A stretch of 46,399 nucleotides of DNA, from the NCBI GenBank assembly GCA_032718475.1, contig JAUCBJ010008321.1:1-46399 (forward strand), given 5' to 3'. Position numbers and translations under genes: made by a program. The stretch is from Nemertoderma westbladi (lineage: Eukaryota > Animalia > Xenacoelomorpha). Below, piece after piece: positions 25,034 through 36,387 of the stretch (the stretch's first letter is position 1; each line of letters opens with the position of its first letter). Under the pieces are notes generated by a model. It was not told the DNA's origin and made no database searches. It worked only from the letters and a program-made list of their open reading frames with translations.

Positions 25034-26302
25034 CGAGAAAGGCATTTCCTAAAGGAAATGCAACCACGAAGCTAAGGAAAATTAAACAAACGGCCACACT
25101 TTGGTTCGTTGCTTAGCCTCGTTTAGTAGCAATTGTCAATAATTAACTTCTATTCCCATGGAAACTAGAGTTCTCTGGAACTGTTGCTTTAACCTTTGAA
25201 AAAAAATTCAGTACAGATTGTGGTTCAGATAACACATATACTGAGTTTCAGAAAATATTGTAGTTTATGTCCAAATTACCGATTTTCTATCAAAATGCAT
25301 CTGTTTGCAGTGGTTGTCATGGAAACTGAAAAATAGAACAATGTAATTCGGATGCAGAATAAGTCATATAGTGGGGGTAGGGGTTAGTCCCAAGTCATAA
25401 TACTATTAACTTGTGCTTCAAATTATCATTTTATAAATTTTAACATCTGTTTAGACTTGTTGCTATGGTAACTGTATTTTCTAATTAACCTCAAACGGCT
25501 TGGATATGGATCTTATAGATGAGTTGCAAAACCCCAAGTTTATATATATTACAGTTTTGCTACAAATAGAGTTATCAATATAGATTTGAATGATATAGAG
25601 TTTAATAAACTACAGTTACCATGGTAACTAAATTTCTGGAATAATTTAAGTTTCACTAAAAGTTCCAACTAGTGGTCCAGATAACACATACCCAGTTTTG
25701 TAAAATTTTATCGTGAAGTCTATGTCCAAATGAATAAGTTTTGAATAAAAACATCTGTTTTCAGCGGTTGTCATGGTAACTGCAAAATAGAACAATGTAA
25801 TTCGGACGCAGAATAAGTTATATAGTGGGGGTAGGGGTTGGTCCCAAGTCATAACACCTTAACCTTAGGCTTCAAATTAACATTTTATAAATTTTAACAT
25901 CTGTTTAGCCCGGTTGCCAAGGTAACTGGATTTTCTATTTAACCTCAATCGGCTCTGCTATGGACCTTATAGTTGTGTTGAGAAACCCCAAGTTTATATC
26001 TATTATAGTTTTCCTACAAATAGAGTTACAAATATTGACTTGAAATACATAGACTTTTTTCTAAGTCCGTTGCCATGGAAACCAGATTTTTCCTGGATAT
26101 GAGACCCAGCCCAAAAGATGCGCCTCGATCGAGTAGTATATACATGCAAAATTTCAGGGTACTTTTAAAGGCTAGTTTTTTCGCCGAGTCAAAAAACACC
26201 AAATCTGCCTCATACAAGTAAAATAGCCCACTATGAATAGACCATCTCAGCTAAGGAAAATCTTTCTTAGCGAAAGTAGTTGATTTTCCTTAGCTTCGTG
26301 GA
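25034..26302 (-). mobile_element. Non-autonomous Helitron/Helentron-type element, copy 2
   Basis: Same termini and near-identical body to copy 1; 5' flank A|TC; the 3' CTAG is mutated. Confidence 0.8.
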
Positions 26303-26314
26303 TTTATTACATTA

Positions 26315-27567
26315 CTAGAAAGGCATTTCCTAAAGGAAATGCAACCACGAAGCTAAGGAAAATTAGACACTCTTTGACTCATCAGTTCATTGATTTACCG
26401 AGTTAAAAGAACTCCCGGTATTGCCAAGGTAACTGGACTTTTCTAGAAATGCTGAGTTTTACATTAAGATCTAGTTTGTGGTTCCAGGTGACACATCGAC
26501 TTCAAGGAAGCTTCATTGAGTAGTTTATGTGCAAAATTAATTATTAATTTGTTAAAAAGTCTGTTTGCAGTGGTTGTCAAGGTAACTGGCAAATAGAACA
26601 ACGTAGATTGGATGCAGAATAAGTGATATTATGGTGGTAGGGGTTGGTCCCAAGTCATAATGCCTTTAACTTGTGTTTCTAATTATAATTTTTTAAATTA
26701 TAACATCTGTTTAGCCTGGTTACCAAGGTAACTGGATTTTCTAATTAACCACAATTGGCTCCTCTAAGGACCTTCCTTATAGTTGAGTTGGGAAACCCAA
26801 TATTTATATCTAATACAGTTTTCCTACAAACAAGAGTTAAAAATATAGACTTGAATGATATTGACTTTAATAAGCTCCAGTTACCATGGTAACTAGATAT
26901 TTCTGGAATGTTTTGAGTTTCACTAAAAGTTCCAACTAGTGGTCCAGATAACACATACCCAGTTTTGTAAAATTTTATCGTGAAGTCTATGTCCAAATGA
27001 ATAATTGTTGTATAAAAACATCTGTTTTCAGCGGTTGTCATGGTAACTGCAAAATAGAACAATCAAATTCGGACGCAGAATAAGTTATATAGTGGGGGTA
27101 GGGATTGGTCCCAAGTCATCACACCTTAACCTTAGGCTTCAAATTAACATTTTAAAAATTTTAACATCTGTTTAGCCCGGTTGCCAAGGTAACTGGATTT
27201 TCTATTTAACCTCAATCGGCTCTGCTATGGACCTTATAGTTGTGTTGAGAAACCCCAAGTTTATATGTATTATAGTTTTCCTACAAATAGAGTTACAAAT
27301 ATTGACTTGAAATACATAGACTTTTTTCTAAGTCCGTTGCCATGGAAACCAGATTTTTCCTGGATATGAGACCCATCCCACACGACGCGCCTTGATGAGT
27401 TGTATATACATGCAAAATTTCAGGGTACTTTTAAAGGCTAGTTTTTTCACCTATCAAAAAACACTAAATCTGCTCCATACAAGTAAAACAGCCCACTATG
27501 AATAGACCATCTCAGCTAAGGAAAATCTTTCTTAGCGAAAGTAGTTGATTTTCCTTAGCTTCGTGGA
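26315..27567 (-). mobile_element. Non-autonomous Helitron/Helentron-type element, copy 3
   Basis: Same termini; the first ~550 bp (+ coordinates) are more diverged than in copies 1-2. Confidence 0.8.
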
Positions 27568-28769
27568 CAGTTAGAAAGCACAATAGAAAGTGAAACATTA
27601 TGACTGAAGTAGTTCTTACTAAAAGCCTTTAAAAAACATACATACTTTAGCAGCTTCAAACTACAGGAGTTAACATGTACATGTACAAAGCAGACTAGGC
27701 AGGGGTGCCCTGTTAATGTTAGGGATTAAATTCAATGTTATTGAGTTTATTGTTTTTTCCTTAAAGTTTCCCACTCATCTACAAATGTGTTAGTCAAAGT
27801 CAAGCTAACATTAAAGCAGTGACCGTCACAAAAGTCAACCCCCCCCCCCCCCCCCCCCCCCGTCACAAAATGTCACGCAAGCTCGACCCCCCCCCCCCCC
27901 CCCCCCCCCCCTAGTGCGTGACATACTTTATGAACGCCCACTAAAGTCAATTATTTAAAATTAGGCAGCATCTTAATTTTTGGGTCACCAAATGTTTCAA
28001 TGATATGCGGATTTTGGTTCCCTTAACTCAGTCGTAGACTTTATACACTATTGACGTTCCAACTCTAGACATTTTGTTTTGAAACACATATGATATCAAT
28101 CCAACGATAATATTGGCTACTATATTTCGAATCTCATAAAAACGGTGAATAATTTCCTTAAATAGAAATAAATTAGACTGACTTAGATTGACGTTATATT
28201 TTCTGTATTTCTGTAGATGTTGATATAGTAAATACAGCAGATGCCCAAAAATAAGTTGATCTCTAATTTTAAAATATTTAAAAACTATATTTTCTAAACT
28301 TTAGGTATTTATTGTTATATCTATAAAATGAACCATTAAATTATTGCATAAAAATAATTAGTTAAATTAAATATCAACAAAATTAAATATTGACTTTCAC
28401 TCTTTACGTAAAATAACTAACTAAATTACAGTAAAACTTGTACTTTATTTACCGGTAAATAAGTAAATTATATTTGAATTCATCCCAGACTGCCGCACTG
28501 TTAACTTAAACCTAAACTGACCATACAACACTACGTACTGAATTGTTTTTAAAATTAAATAATATTTAAATAAATACATTTTGAAATATGTCTAGTATTG
28601 CTGATAATTATGTTACTAAATTTATTAAATTGCGACAAAACCAAACTAATTCTACAACAACTTTCATTCCATTTATTGAGAAAAAAAATTACAGACATAG
28701 AATGTCACAAAAAAATAACAAAAAATAAATTTGACGAGCGAAATATCATAAAATAAATAAACGTGGACC

Positions 28770-30391
28770 TCATGGTAGTCGGAGTAAAACAGACTCGCAC
28801 ATGTCAGTCGCCGATTGGAGGGGTTCGGGGCTTTGGGCGTACGAATGATAATTGGACAAACCGAACTGAATAGCGAGAACAGCCTGGCGGAGTTCCGGGG
28901 GAATCGGCTTAACCGAATGCGATACCACATTCAACCACACGATGGCGACACAGAGTGAAGTAGGATCCGAGTGATTGGTTGTGGAGACTAGATGTTCGAC
29001 GAAATTCGACGCCCAGTCGTCGGTAAAAACCGACTCCGCGATGAATCCGGCGACAAGTCCGAACCCTCGCGCTTCAGTTACGTCCGGGAACTCTACCGCT
29101 AGATGGCGTTTAACAACGCCTATCAACCAATCGGCGACCGGGGACCGGAACGCCTCGCCCAGCCGCGGATTCATCCGTCCAATCCGCGACCATTCCGCCA
29201 ACACCGCGCGGAGTCGGTGGCCGTTGGCGCGTTCCGTCCCGGTTCCGGCGGCGGAATCCATCGCGGTCAACAGGGCCGGGAGGAGACGAGCGAGAGTGGC
29301 GGCGATCTCGGAGACGTTCGCCGCCGAGAGAAAATAATCGGAATCAACCGAGGTGAAAGTCAGAGTGAAAAGAAACTTAATAACCATGGAAACGCTAGAT
29401 TCGGAAAGTTCTAGAAAAAATATCAAAATTTCTAGAATATTAGAAACAACTTCGTTTTGAATTTGGGAAGTTATTGGAAGAAAATCAGTTGCTAAGTGAA
29501 TTATAGAGGGCAATAAAGTGACCAAATAAGGGTTGTTTATATTTCCCGGGTTGTCGTTTATAACACTGAGTGTCCAACTGATAGTTGGGGATAGAAGGTC
29601 GAGAAATATATCGTCGGTTAGCATCGCGTTCGTGAGGATTACCAGTTGGTTAGCGCGAACCGCGAACTGGAAGTCGGCGAGACGACGGGTACAGAAGGAC
29701 GAGCGCAACGAGCGACGAGTCGACGGTAGGAGGGCGGCCAGGGCGGCGAGACGCGTGCGGGGTTGGGGGTTGTTGAGTACGATGTAGCGGACGCGATGGG
29801 CGGTGAGGATCGCGTCGAGGTAGACCAGAGCCAAGGCGGGACGCGGAGGATCCGGCTCCGTGATACGGACAACGCGACGTCTGTTAGTCGGAGTCGGAGA
29901 CGGAAGCAACGCGGATTCCAACCAATCCGATATCAGATCGAGTAACTGAACTGACTGATTCCACTGGCAGATTGTAAATATAAGAGGCGCAATGCGATCC
30001 CTCCACTCCCGCTTCTTCCCCTCCTCCCTACGGGGGACTCGTTTACCATCGCCTCCTCCTATCTCCTTGAGGCATTGCTCTTCCTCCACGTCGAGGTGTT
30101 TCAACCGCGACAGGAAGGATTTACTTATAGCCGGTAAGGAGGCCGGCGGGAGGTATCCCGCTATTATCGTGCACGCAGCCACGCACGCCGGATCCTGGAA
30201 GGCTCGCAGCACCAACGGGAGAGCCGCCGACGATTTGATCCATAACTTCTTCTTTAGTCGTTGGTTGTCCGGTTTCGATAGGTTGTGGTTTATCCGAACC
30301 CACAGGATGGCAACCGCTTCCAACATTCCCGATATTAATCCTGTGTGATCCAAACTCAACACGTCGGAATCTATACCAGCAACTTCTTCTT
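28770..30391 (-). CDS. NCAPG2: NCAPG2 coding exon 3 (last)
   Basis: Acceptor TTAATTACAG|AA completes a phase-1 codon in frame with the 530-aa ORF (EEEVAGIDSDVLSLDHTGLISGMLEAVAILW...); stop TGA 28770-28772. Confidence 0.85.
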
Positions 30392-33300
30392 CTGTAATTA
30401 AATTAACAAACTTAACATATTTTTTTATTATTATTATTAGAATTTAACACAGCTGTTACAATTCTCGATACAATTGAGGTGGATAATTCAAAGTAATTAT
30501 TGGTCAAAGACTCATTATATGTATCATAATGTATCATATATGTATAATAATAATATATGCATCATATGTATCATGTATCATGTAACATATCATATCATAA
30601 AATAGAATATATATAATCATATGTTTAGCAGCAGCTTGATCTAGTGGTGACATTCCTGGGCTTCCAATTAGGGAGCCCTGGTTCGATCCCTAGATGGGGC
30701 AGCACTATTTTGGCACAGTGTTTTAAATGCTGCAGCCTAGCCCAACCCCGGCTTTCATCCTACAGTGGTCGATAAACGGGAACCAAGGCAACTTGAGAAA
30801 CATAGTGGAAGGGTTTACTGTGGAAGATCACCCATGGTGGTGAACAGACATTCCTTTAGGAAACGGAGTGGAAGGGTTTACTGTGGAAGATCACCCATGG
30901 TGGTGAACAGGTATTCCTTGGCTTAACGAGCCTAAAAGATTCTCCCATTCATAATCATATGTTTACTCAATTGCTTTGAAACTAAATTTTTTTGCGACTT
31001 TTTAGTTGCATGGAAACCCGATTCATAAACACAAACGTTTTAACAACTGGAATGAATTAACGTTCTGGAACTGCATAATTAATACGGAGGGGAAGGGAGC
31101 CTTCTGGTTTAAGGCAACCCCCACGAGGTAAATAAATTATTATACTGACGGTGAATAACTGCATGTTAATTCTCTATAAATAGTTTCGCGAGATGGTTTC
31201 TCGGGTTGAGTATATAGAACTCAAATACCGTACTCATTGTGACCAATTAATTATCTCCTTCTATCACCATCTTAGGTAATATAAGAGCTTCGAGAATTTG
31301 AGATCAAAATATCCCAATCCTGATGTATAATCAGTAACATTGGCTCGAACCGGTGTGGAAACCCTGAGGACTTTTGTACATTTTTTTTGTAGCGTATGGT
31401 AATTAATTTGGGCTATCTCTCATTTGCTCTATGCAAGGTATTATAATCCGGCATCGCATATGCAAGCAGGTGTTTGTAACTTCATATTAATATTCAAATA
31501 AAACTTAATTACCGGTATGAAGGAAGATTCCAGCCCAACCAACCGCAATTACATGGTCCCTCGTAAATTATCATTACTTTACAACTCACCTGGTACATTC
31601 TCCTTAGCCGCCTCCCCTTGCTCCCGCTCACCTGGTACATTCTCCTTAGCCGCCTCCCCTTGCTCCCACTCACCTGGTACATTCTCCTTAGCCGCCTCCC
31701 CTTGCTCCCACTCACCTGGTACATTCTCCTTAGCCGCCTCCCCTTGCTCCCACTCACCTGGTACATTCTCCTTAGCCGCCTCCCCTTGCTCCCGCTCACC
31801 TGGTACATTCTCCTTAGCCGCCTCCCCTTGCTCCCACTCACCTGGTACATTCTCCTTAGCCGCCTCCCCTTGCTCCCACTCACCTGGTACATTCTCCTTA
31901 GCCGCCTCCCCTTGCTCCCACTCACCTGGTACATTCTCCTTAGCTGCCTCCCCTTGCTCCCACTCACCTGGTACATTCTCCTTAGCCGCCTCCCCTTGCT
32001 CCCACTCACCTGGTACATTCTCCTTAGCCGCCTCCCCTTGCTCCCACTCACCTGGTACATTCTCCTTAGCCGCCTCCCCTTGCTCCCACTCACCTGGTAC
32101 ATTCTCCTTAGCCGCCTCCCCTTGCTCCCACTCACCTGGTACATTCTCCTTAGCCGCCTCCCCTTGCTCCCGCTCACCTGGTACATTCTCCTTAGCTGCC
32201 TCCCCTTGCTCCCGCTCACCTGGTACATTCTCCTTAGCCGCCTCCCCTTGCTCCCGCTCACCTGGTACATTCTCCTTAGCTGCCTCCCCTTGCTCCCACT
32301 CACCTGGTACATTCTCCTTAGCTGCCTCCCCTTGCTCCCACTCACCTGGTACATTCTCCTTAGCCGCCTCCCCTTGCTCCCACTCACCTGGTACATTCTC
32401 CTTAGCCGCCTCCCCTTGCTCCCACTCACCTGGTACATTCTCCTTAGCCGCCTCCCCTTGCTCCCACTCACCTGGTACATTCTCCTTAGCCGCCTCCCCT
32501 TGCTCCCACTCACCTGGTACATTCTCCTTAGCCGCCTCCCCTTGCTCCCACTCACCTGGTACATTCTCCTTAGCCGCCTCCCCTTGCTCCCACTCACCTG
32601 GTACATTCTCCTTAGCCGCCTCCCCTTGCTCCCACTCACCTGGTACATTCTCCTTAGCCGCCTCCCCTTGCTCCCACTCACCTGGTACATTCTCCTTAGC
32701 CGCCTCCCCTTGCTCCCACTCACCTGGTACATTCTCCTTAGCCGCCTCCCCTTGCTCCCGCTCACCTGGTACATTCTCCTTAGCTGCCTCCCCTTGCTCC
32801 CACTCACCTGGTACATTCTCCTTAGCTGCCTCCCCTTGCTCCCACTCACCTGGTACATTCTCCTTAGCCGCCTCCCCTTGCTCCCACTCACCTGGTACAT
32901 TCTCCTTAGCCGCCTCCCCTTGCTCCCACTCACCTGGTACATTCTCCTTAGCCGCCTCCCCTTGCTCCCACTCACCTGGTACATTCTCCTTAGCCGCCTC
33001 CCCTTGCTCCCACTCACCTGGTACATTCTCCTTAGCCGCCTCCCCTTGCTCCCACTCACCTGGTACATTCTCCTTAGCCGCCTCCCCTTGCTCCCACTCA
33101 CCTGGTACATTCTCCTTAGCCGCCTCCCTTTGCTCCCGCTCACCTGGTACATTCTCCTTAGCCGCCTCCCTTTGCTCCCACTCACCTGGTACATTCTCCT
33201 TAGCCGCCTCCCCTTGCTCCCGCTCACCTGGTACATTCTCCTTAGCCGCCTCCCTTTGCTCCCACTCACCTGGTACATTCTCCTTAGCCGCCTCCCCTTG

Positions 33301-36300
33301 GTCCCGCTCACCTGGTACATTCTCCTTAGCCGCCTCCCTTTGCTCCCGCTCACCTGGTACATTCTCCTTAGCCGCCTCCCTTTGCTCCCACTCACCTGGT
33401 ACATTCTCCTTAGCCGCCTCCCCTTGCTCCCGCTCACCTGGTACATTCTCCTTAGCCGCCTCCCTTTGCTCCCACTCACCTGGTACATTCTCCTTAGCCG
33501 CCTCCCCTTGCTCCCGCTCACCTGGTACATTCTCCTTAGCCGCCTCCCCTTGCTCCCGCTCACCTGGTACATTCTCCTTAGCCGCCTCCCTTTGCTCCCA
33601 CTCACCTGGTACATTCTCCTTAGCCGCCTCCCCTTGGTCCCGCTCACCTGGTACATTCTCCTTAGCCGCCTCCCCTTGCTCCCGCTCACCTGGTACATTC
33701 TCCTTAGCTGTCTCCCTTTGCTCCCACTCACCTGGTACATTCTCCTTAGCCGCCTCCCCTTGCTCCCACTCACCTGGTACATTCTCCTTAGCCGCCTCCC
33801 CTTGCTCCCGCTCACCTCGTACATTCTATTTAGCCGCCTCCCCTTGCTCCCACTCACCTGGTACATTCTCCTTAGCCGCCTCCCCTTTCTCCCACTCACC
33901 GGGTACATTCTCCTTAGCCGCCTCCCCTTGCTCCCACTCACCTGGTACATTCTCCTTAGCCGCCTCCCCTTGCTCCCACTCACCTGGTATATTCTCCTTA
34001 GCTGTCTCCCTTTGCTCCCACTCACCTGGTACATTCTCCTTAGCCGCCTCCCCTTGCTCCCACTCACCTGGTACATTCTCCTTAGCCGCCTCCCCTTGCT
34101 CCTGCTCCTCAATCGACCTCCGTTGCTTCGCCATGCTCGCCAACAGGATGAGAACCCACAAGATGAACCGAACGCAGCCCTCGAGATCGACGAAGCGGTG
34201 CACGAACGAATAGAACCGCCTGGCTGCGTTGGGGTTGGACTGCACAAGGTACATACACCGACCGAGGGTTACCTTACCATCGAGCGAGCTGGGCATGTAC
34301 GAGTTAACCGTGAGTTCAACGAGCTTGATAGCCACAGCATCCACGTCGATGGCCAACCTATAGAGGATCTCTTTAAGAGGAACTATGTTCCAGTATTCAG
34401 TAACGTTGGGGCATTTCTTGGTGGCGAGAAGGACGTTTGTTATGGAAAGACGGACAGTCTCCACCTTGTCGTGGAAACGGTGGCCAATAAGGGGGAGAAT
34501 CTTACGGAGAGTTGCGTGGCAAAGAGGGTTGGAGAAGAGGTGGTTGATGCCCTTAAAGAAGAAGTTAAAGACGGTAAAATAGAGACCAACATAGATAGAT
34601 AGATTGGCCTATTAATGTAATTTATTTATAAAAGTCTGGCATATTTTATTTTGACCACAAATTATTTCTTTCATAGATTACATACTTTTCGCACCAAATA
34701 TACTTTTTTACCGCCCCAAAACGATAGCATCAAATTTCATGTTTTCTGTAAGCAATATACATTAAAGCGACGTCTAAATACATATTTATTTCCAAACTTT
34801 CGCACCAAAATATTTAAATTCGTCCCAAAGAATTTTTTATATATTATTATATATATTTTTATATTCGACATTGTTAGCAAGATCGTTTATTGGTCTCTGT
34901 AACCTGCTCCTTCAATTGTTAACAACATCGTTTATTGTTTTGGTTCGAAAAAAGCCATCTCTGTAACCTGGTACTTTTCCTCAATTGTAAACAACATCGT
35001 TTATTGTTTTGGTTAGAAAAATCATATTCAAATATCATATCATATTCAAATAATACTACTATTTTTTTACAATAATATATAACATCCACCAATTTATATA
35101 TAAACTACAAACCTTAATAACAGAAACAACGACGGTATTGTGGGCGTTATTGATAAGTTTATTAACCATCAACTCAATAACAGTCTTAACCCAATCGATA
35201 GGAAGTAGCCGCCAATAGGAGACGAGCAAACGAGAGACCCCTTCGATAACCCAACAGCGCACATCGGGGAATGGATCCTTCATTAGTTTAAATAGGAGGG
35301 TGCATTGTTTAGCGAGGAGGAGTTCATTACTAGCAATAGATTCGGTTGGATCTCGGATGGGGAAAGAAGCTAATAGAATGAGAGCGGCCTGAGCGCGAAC
35401 TCTGTCGTGTGGGGCTTCGAGGGAACGCCATAGGAACGGGGCGTATAGACGCAGTAGCAACGCGTCTACGCCCGGTTGGGACTTACGATCATGGAAGGGA
35501 TTTAGAAACTTACGAATCTTCCCGCTTACATTGGAATCCTTAACTATTACCGCCAAGTACATTAACTCTCGCAAACAAGTTATCTCAAATTCCTCACGAT
35601 TCTCGTCTTCTGATTGTCTCCATGTGTGGTAATAAACCTCGCCTATGTGCCCAGGATGAGCGTAACTAATCAGGCAATCCTTCAAGGCTACGTGCATATC
35701 TAACATACACCCACGATTGCTGAGATAGTTAAACACGAAACTAAGGAAGCGTCTTCCGTTTTCGTTGCTTAATAAAGTATTTCGATTTGTTACAGAACAT
35801 ATTAATTTATTTTTTATAGACGAATTAAAAGTTTGAAGAAATAATGAATCATGTAGTCGCCACAAGCGATTCACTATTTCTTTTGAGTATGTTTGGGTAG
35901 CGACTTTATTTAGTAGCCAGTCAAATGAGTTAGTAACGACCTTGTTTTTATTTAAAAGGTCGCGCTTCCACCACGTTTCGCTAATGCTAACCAACATCGG
36001 TTGCAAAATATATTTACCGGAAACTACCGGCAACTTAGGGAGAAAATCGTGTAGAATCAGTACAGTCTCAAAAAGTTTAGTTGGGACAGAATCGTTTAAG
36101 TTATTGGCTATCGCTTGAATTAATGATAAAATGCATTGCAAACATTGGAAATCGTCACCAGCCCTGGATATATTAACAGGATCCGTATTATCTTTTCTAA
36201 TGATTTCCTCTTTGTTTAATAATTCGAGCACGATATTATGAATGCCACCCCATAATAGTTCACTTTGTTCGTCACTAAATTTTAGGTTCTGCAATTTAAC

Positions 36301-36387
36301 CTGTGTTGCTATAAACAACCTGTTTATAGAAGGAATGTCTTGGGATTCCATTACTTTCGTAAATTGCTCTTCTGGTGATGAATCCAT
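28770..36387 (-). CDS. NCAPG2: Condensin-2 complex subunit G2 (CAP-G2); complement(join(28770..30391,34068..34551,35113..36387)), ~1126 aa
   Basis: Recognisable CAP-G2 motifs: LYAPFLWRSL...VRAQAALILLASFPIRDP...KQ...DPFPDVR...GV...YW; HDKVETVR...YWNIVPL...RL; RCMYLVQSNPNAARRFY; GMLEAVAILW. Introns are GT-AG in phases 0 and 1; total 3381 nt open. Confidence 0.9.
30628..30950 (+). mobile_element. tRNA-derived SINE with 15-bp target-site duplication (in NCAPG2 intron 2, antisense to the gene)
   Basis: A box TGATCTAGTGG and B box GGTTCGATCCC; flanked by ATAATCATATGTTTA at 30613-30627 and 30951-30965; internal 44-bp direct repeat at 30804-30847 and 30867-30910. Confidence 0.85.
31584..34102 (-). 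repeat. 42-bp minisatellite, 60 in-register copies, spanning the NCAPG2 exon 2 donor
   Basis: Unit on minus strand: GAGCAAGGGGAGGCGGCTAAGGAGAATGTACCAG|GTGAG(T/C)GG. Donor positions run from 34068 to 31590, exactly 59 x 42 bp. Confidence 0.97.
34068..34551 (-). CDS. NCAPG2: NCAPG2 coding exon 2 (to the first of 60 tandem donors)
   Basis: Acceptor TTCTTCTTTAAG|GGC; GINHLFSNPLCHATLRKILPLIGHRFHDKVETVR...EQGEAAKENVP; donor CAG|GTGAGT. The true 3' end is uncertain because the donor is repeated. Confidence 0.82.
34878..35020 (-). repeat. Two tandem copies of a dispersed ~70-bp repeat
   Basis: Reverse complement of AATTGAGG...CAGGTTACAGAG...AACCAAAACAATAAACGAT, also seen at ~43568, ~46333 and more weakly at ~16365 and ~41325. 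Confidence 0.65.
35113..36387 (-). CDS. NCAPG2: NCAPG2 coding exon 1
   Basis: 425 codons from ATG 36387; donor ATTAAG|GTTTGT. Confidence 0.9.

Larger units (their letters stand above)
23583..27941. mobile_element. PIF/Harbinger-like MITE expanded by nested Helitron-type insertions
   Basis: TAA|GGGGGTGTTCATAATGTATGCCACGCA ... TGCGTGACATACTTTATGAACGCCCAC|TAA gives a 23/27 TIR and a 3-bp TAA TSD; poly-C tracts near both ends. Confidence 0.7.

Noticed and set aside
24627-27062. Short minus-strand ORFs within the Helitron-type copies
   Set aside because: No Rep/helicase motifs; they simply recur with the non-coding repeat.
28673-30348. Overlapping and antisense ORFs over NCAPG2 exon 3
   Set aside because: Expected from GC-rich, stop-poor coding sequence; no independent motifs.
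30628-30702. Functional tRNA-Gly gene
   Set aside because: Stems are imperfect and the sequence continues into a SINE body bounded by a TSD.
31584-34102. CRISPR-like array
   Set aside because: Units are contiguous with no unique spacers, the context is eukaryotic and there are no cas genes.
31509-34602. Three ~900-1000 aa ORFs (31509-34247 -, 31517-34213 +, 31618-34602 +)
   Set aside because: They are by-products of a stop-poor 42-bp unit whose length is a multiple of 3. The only frame with homology is the NCAPG2 exon 2 frame.
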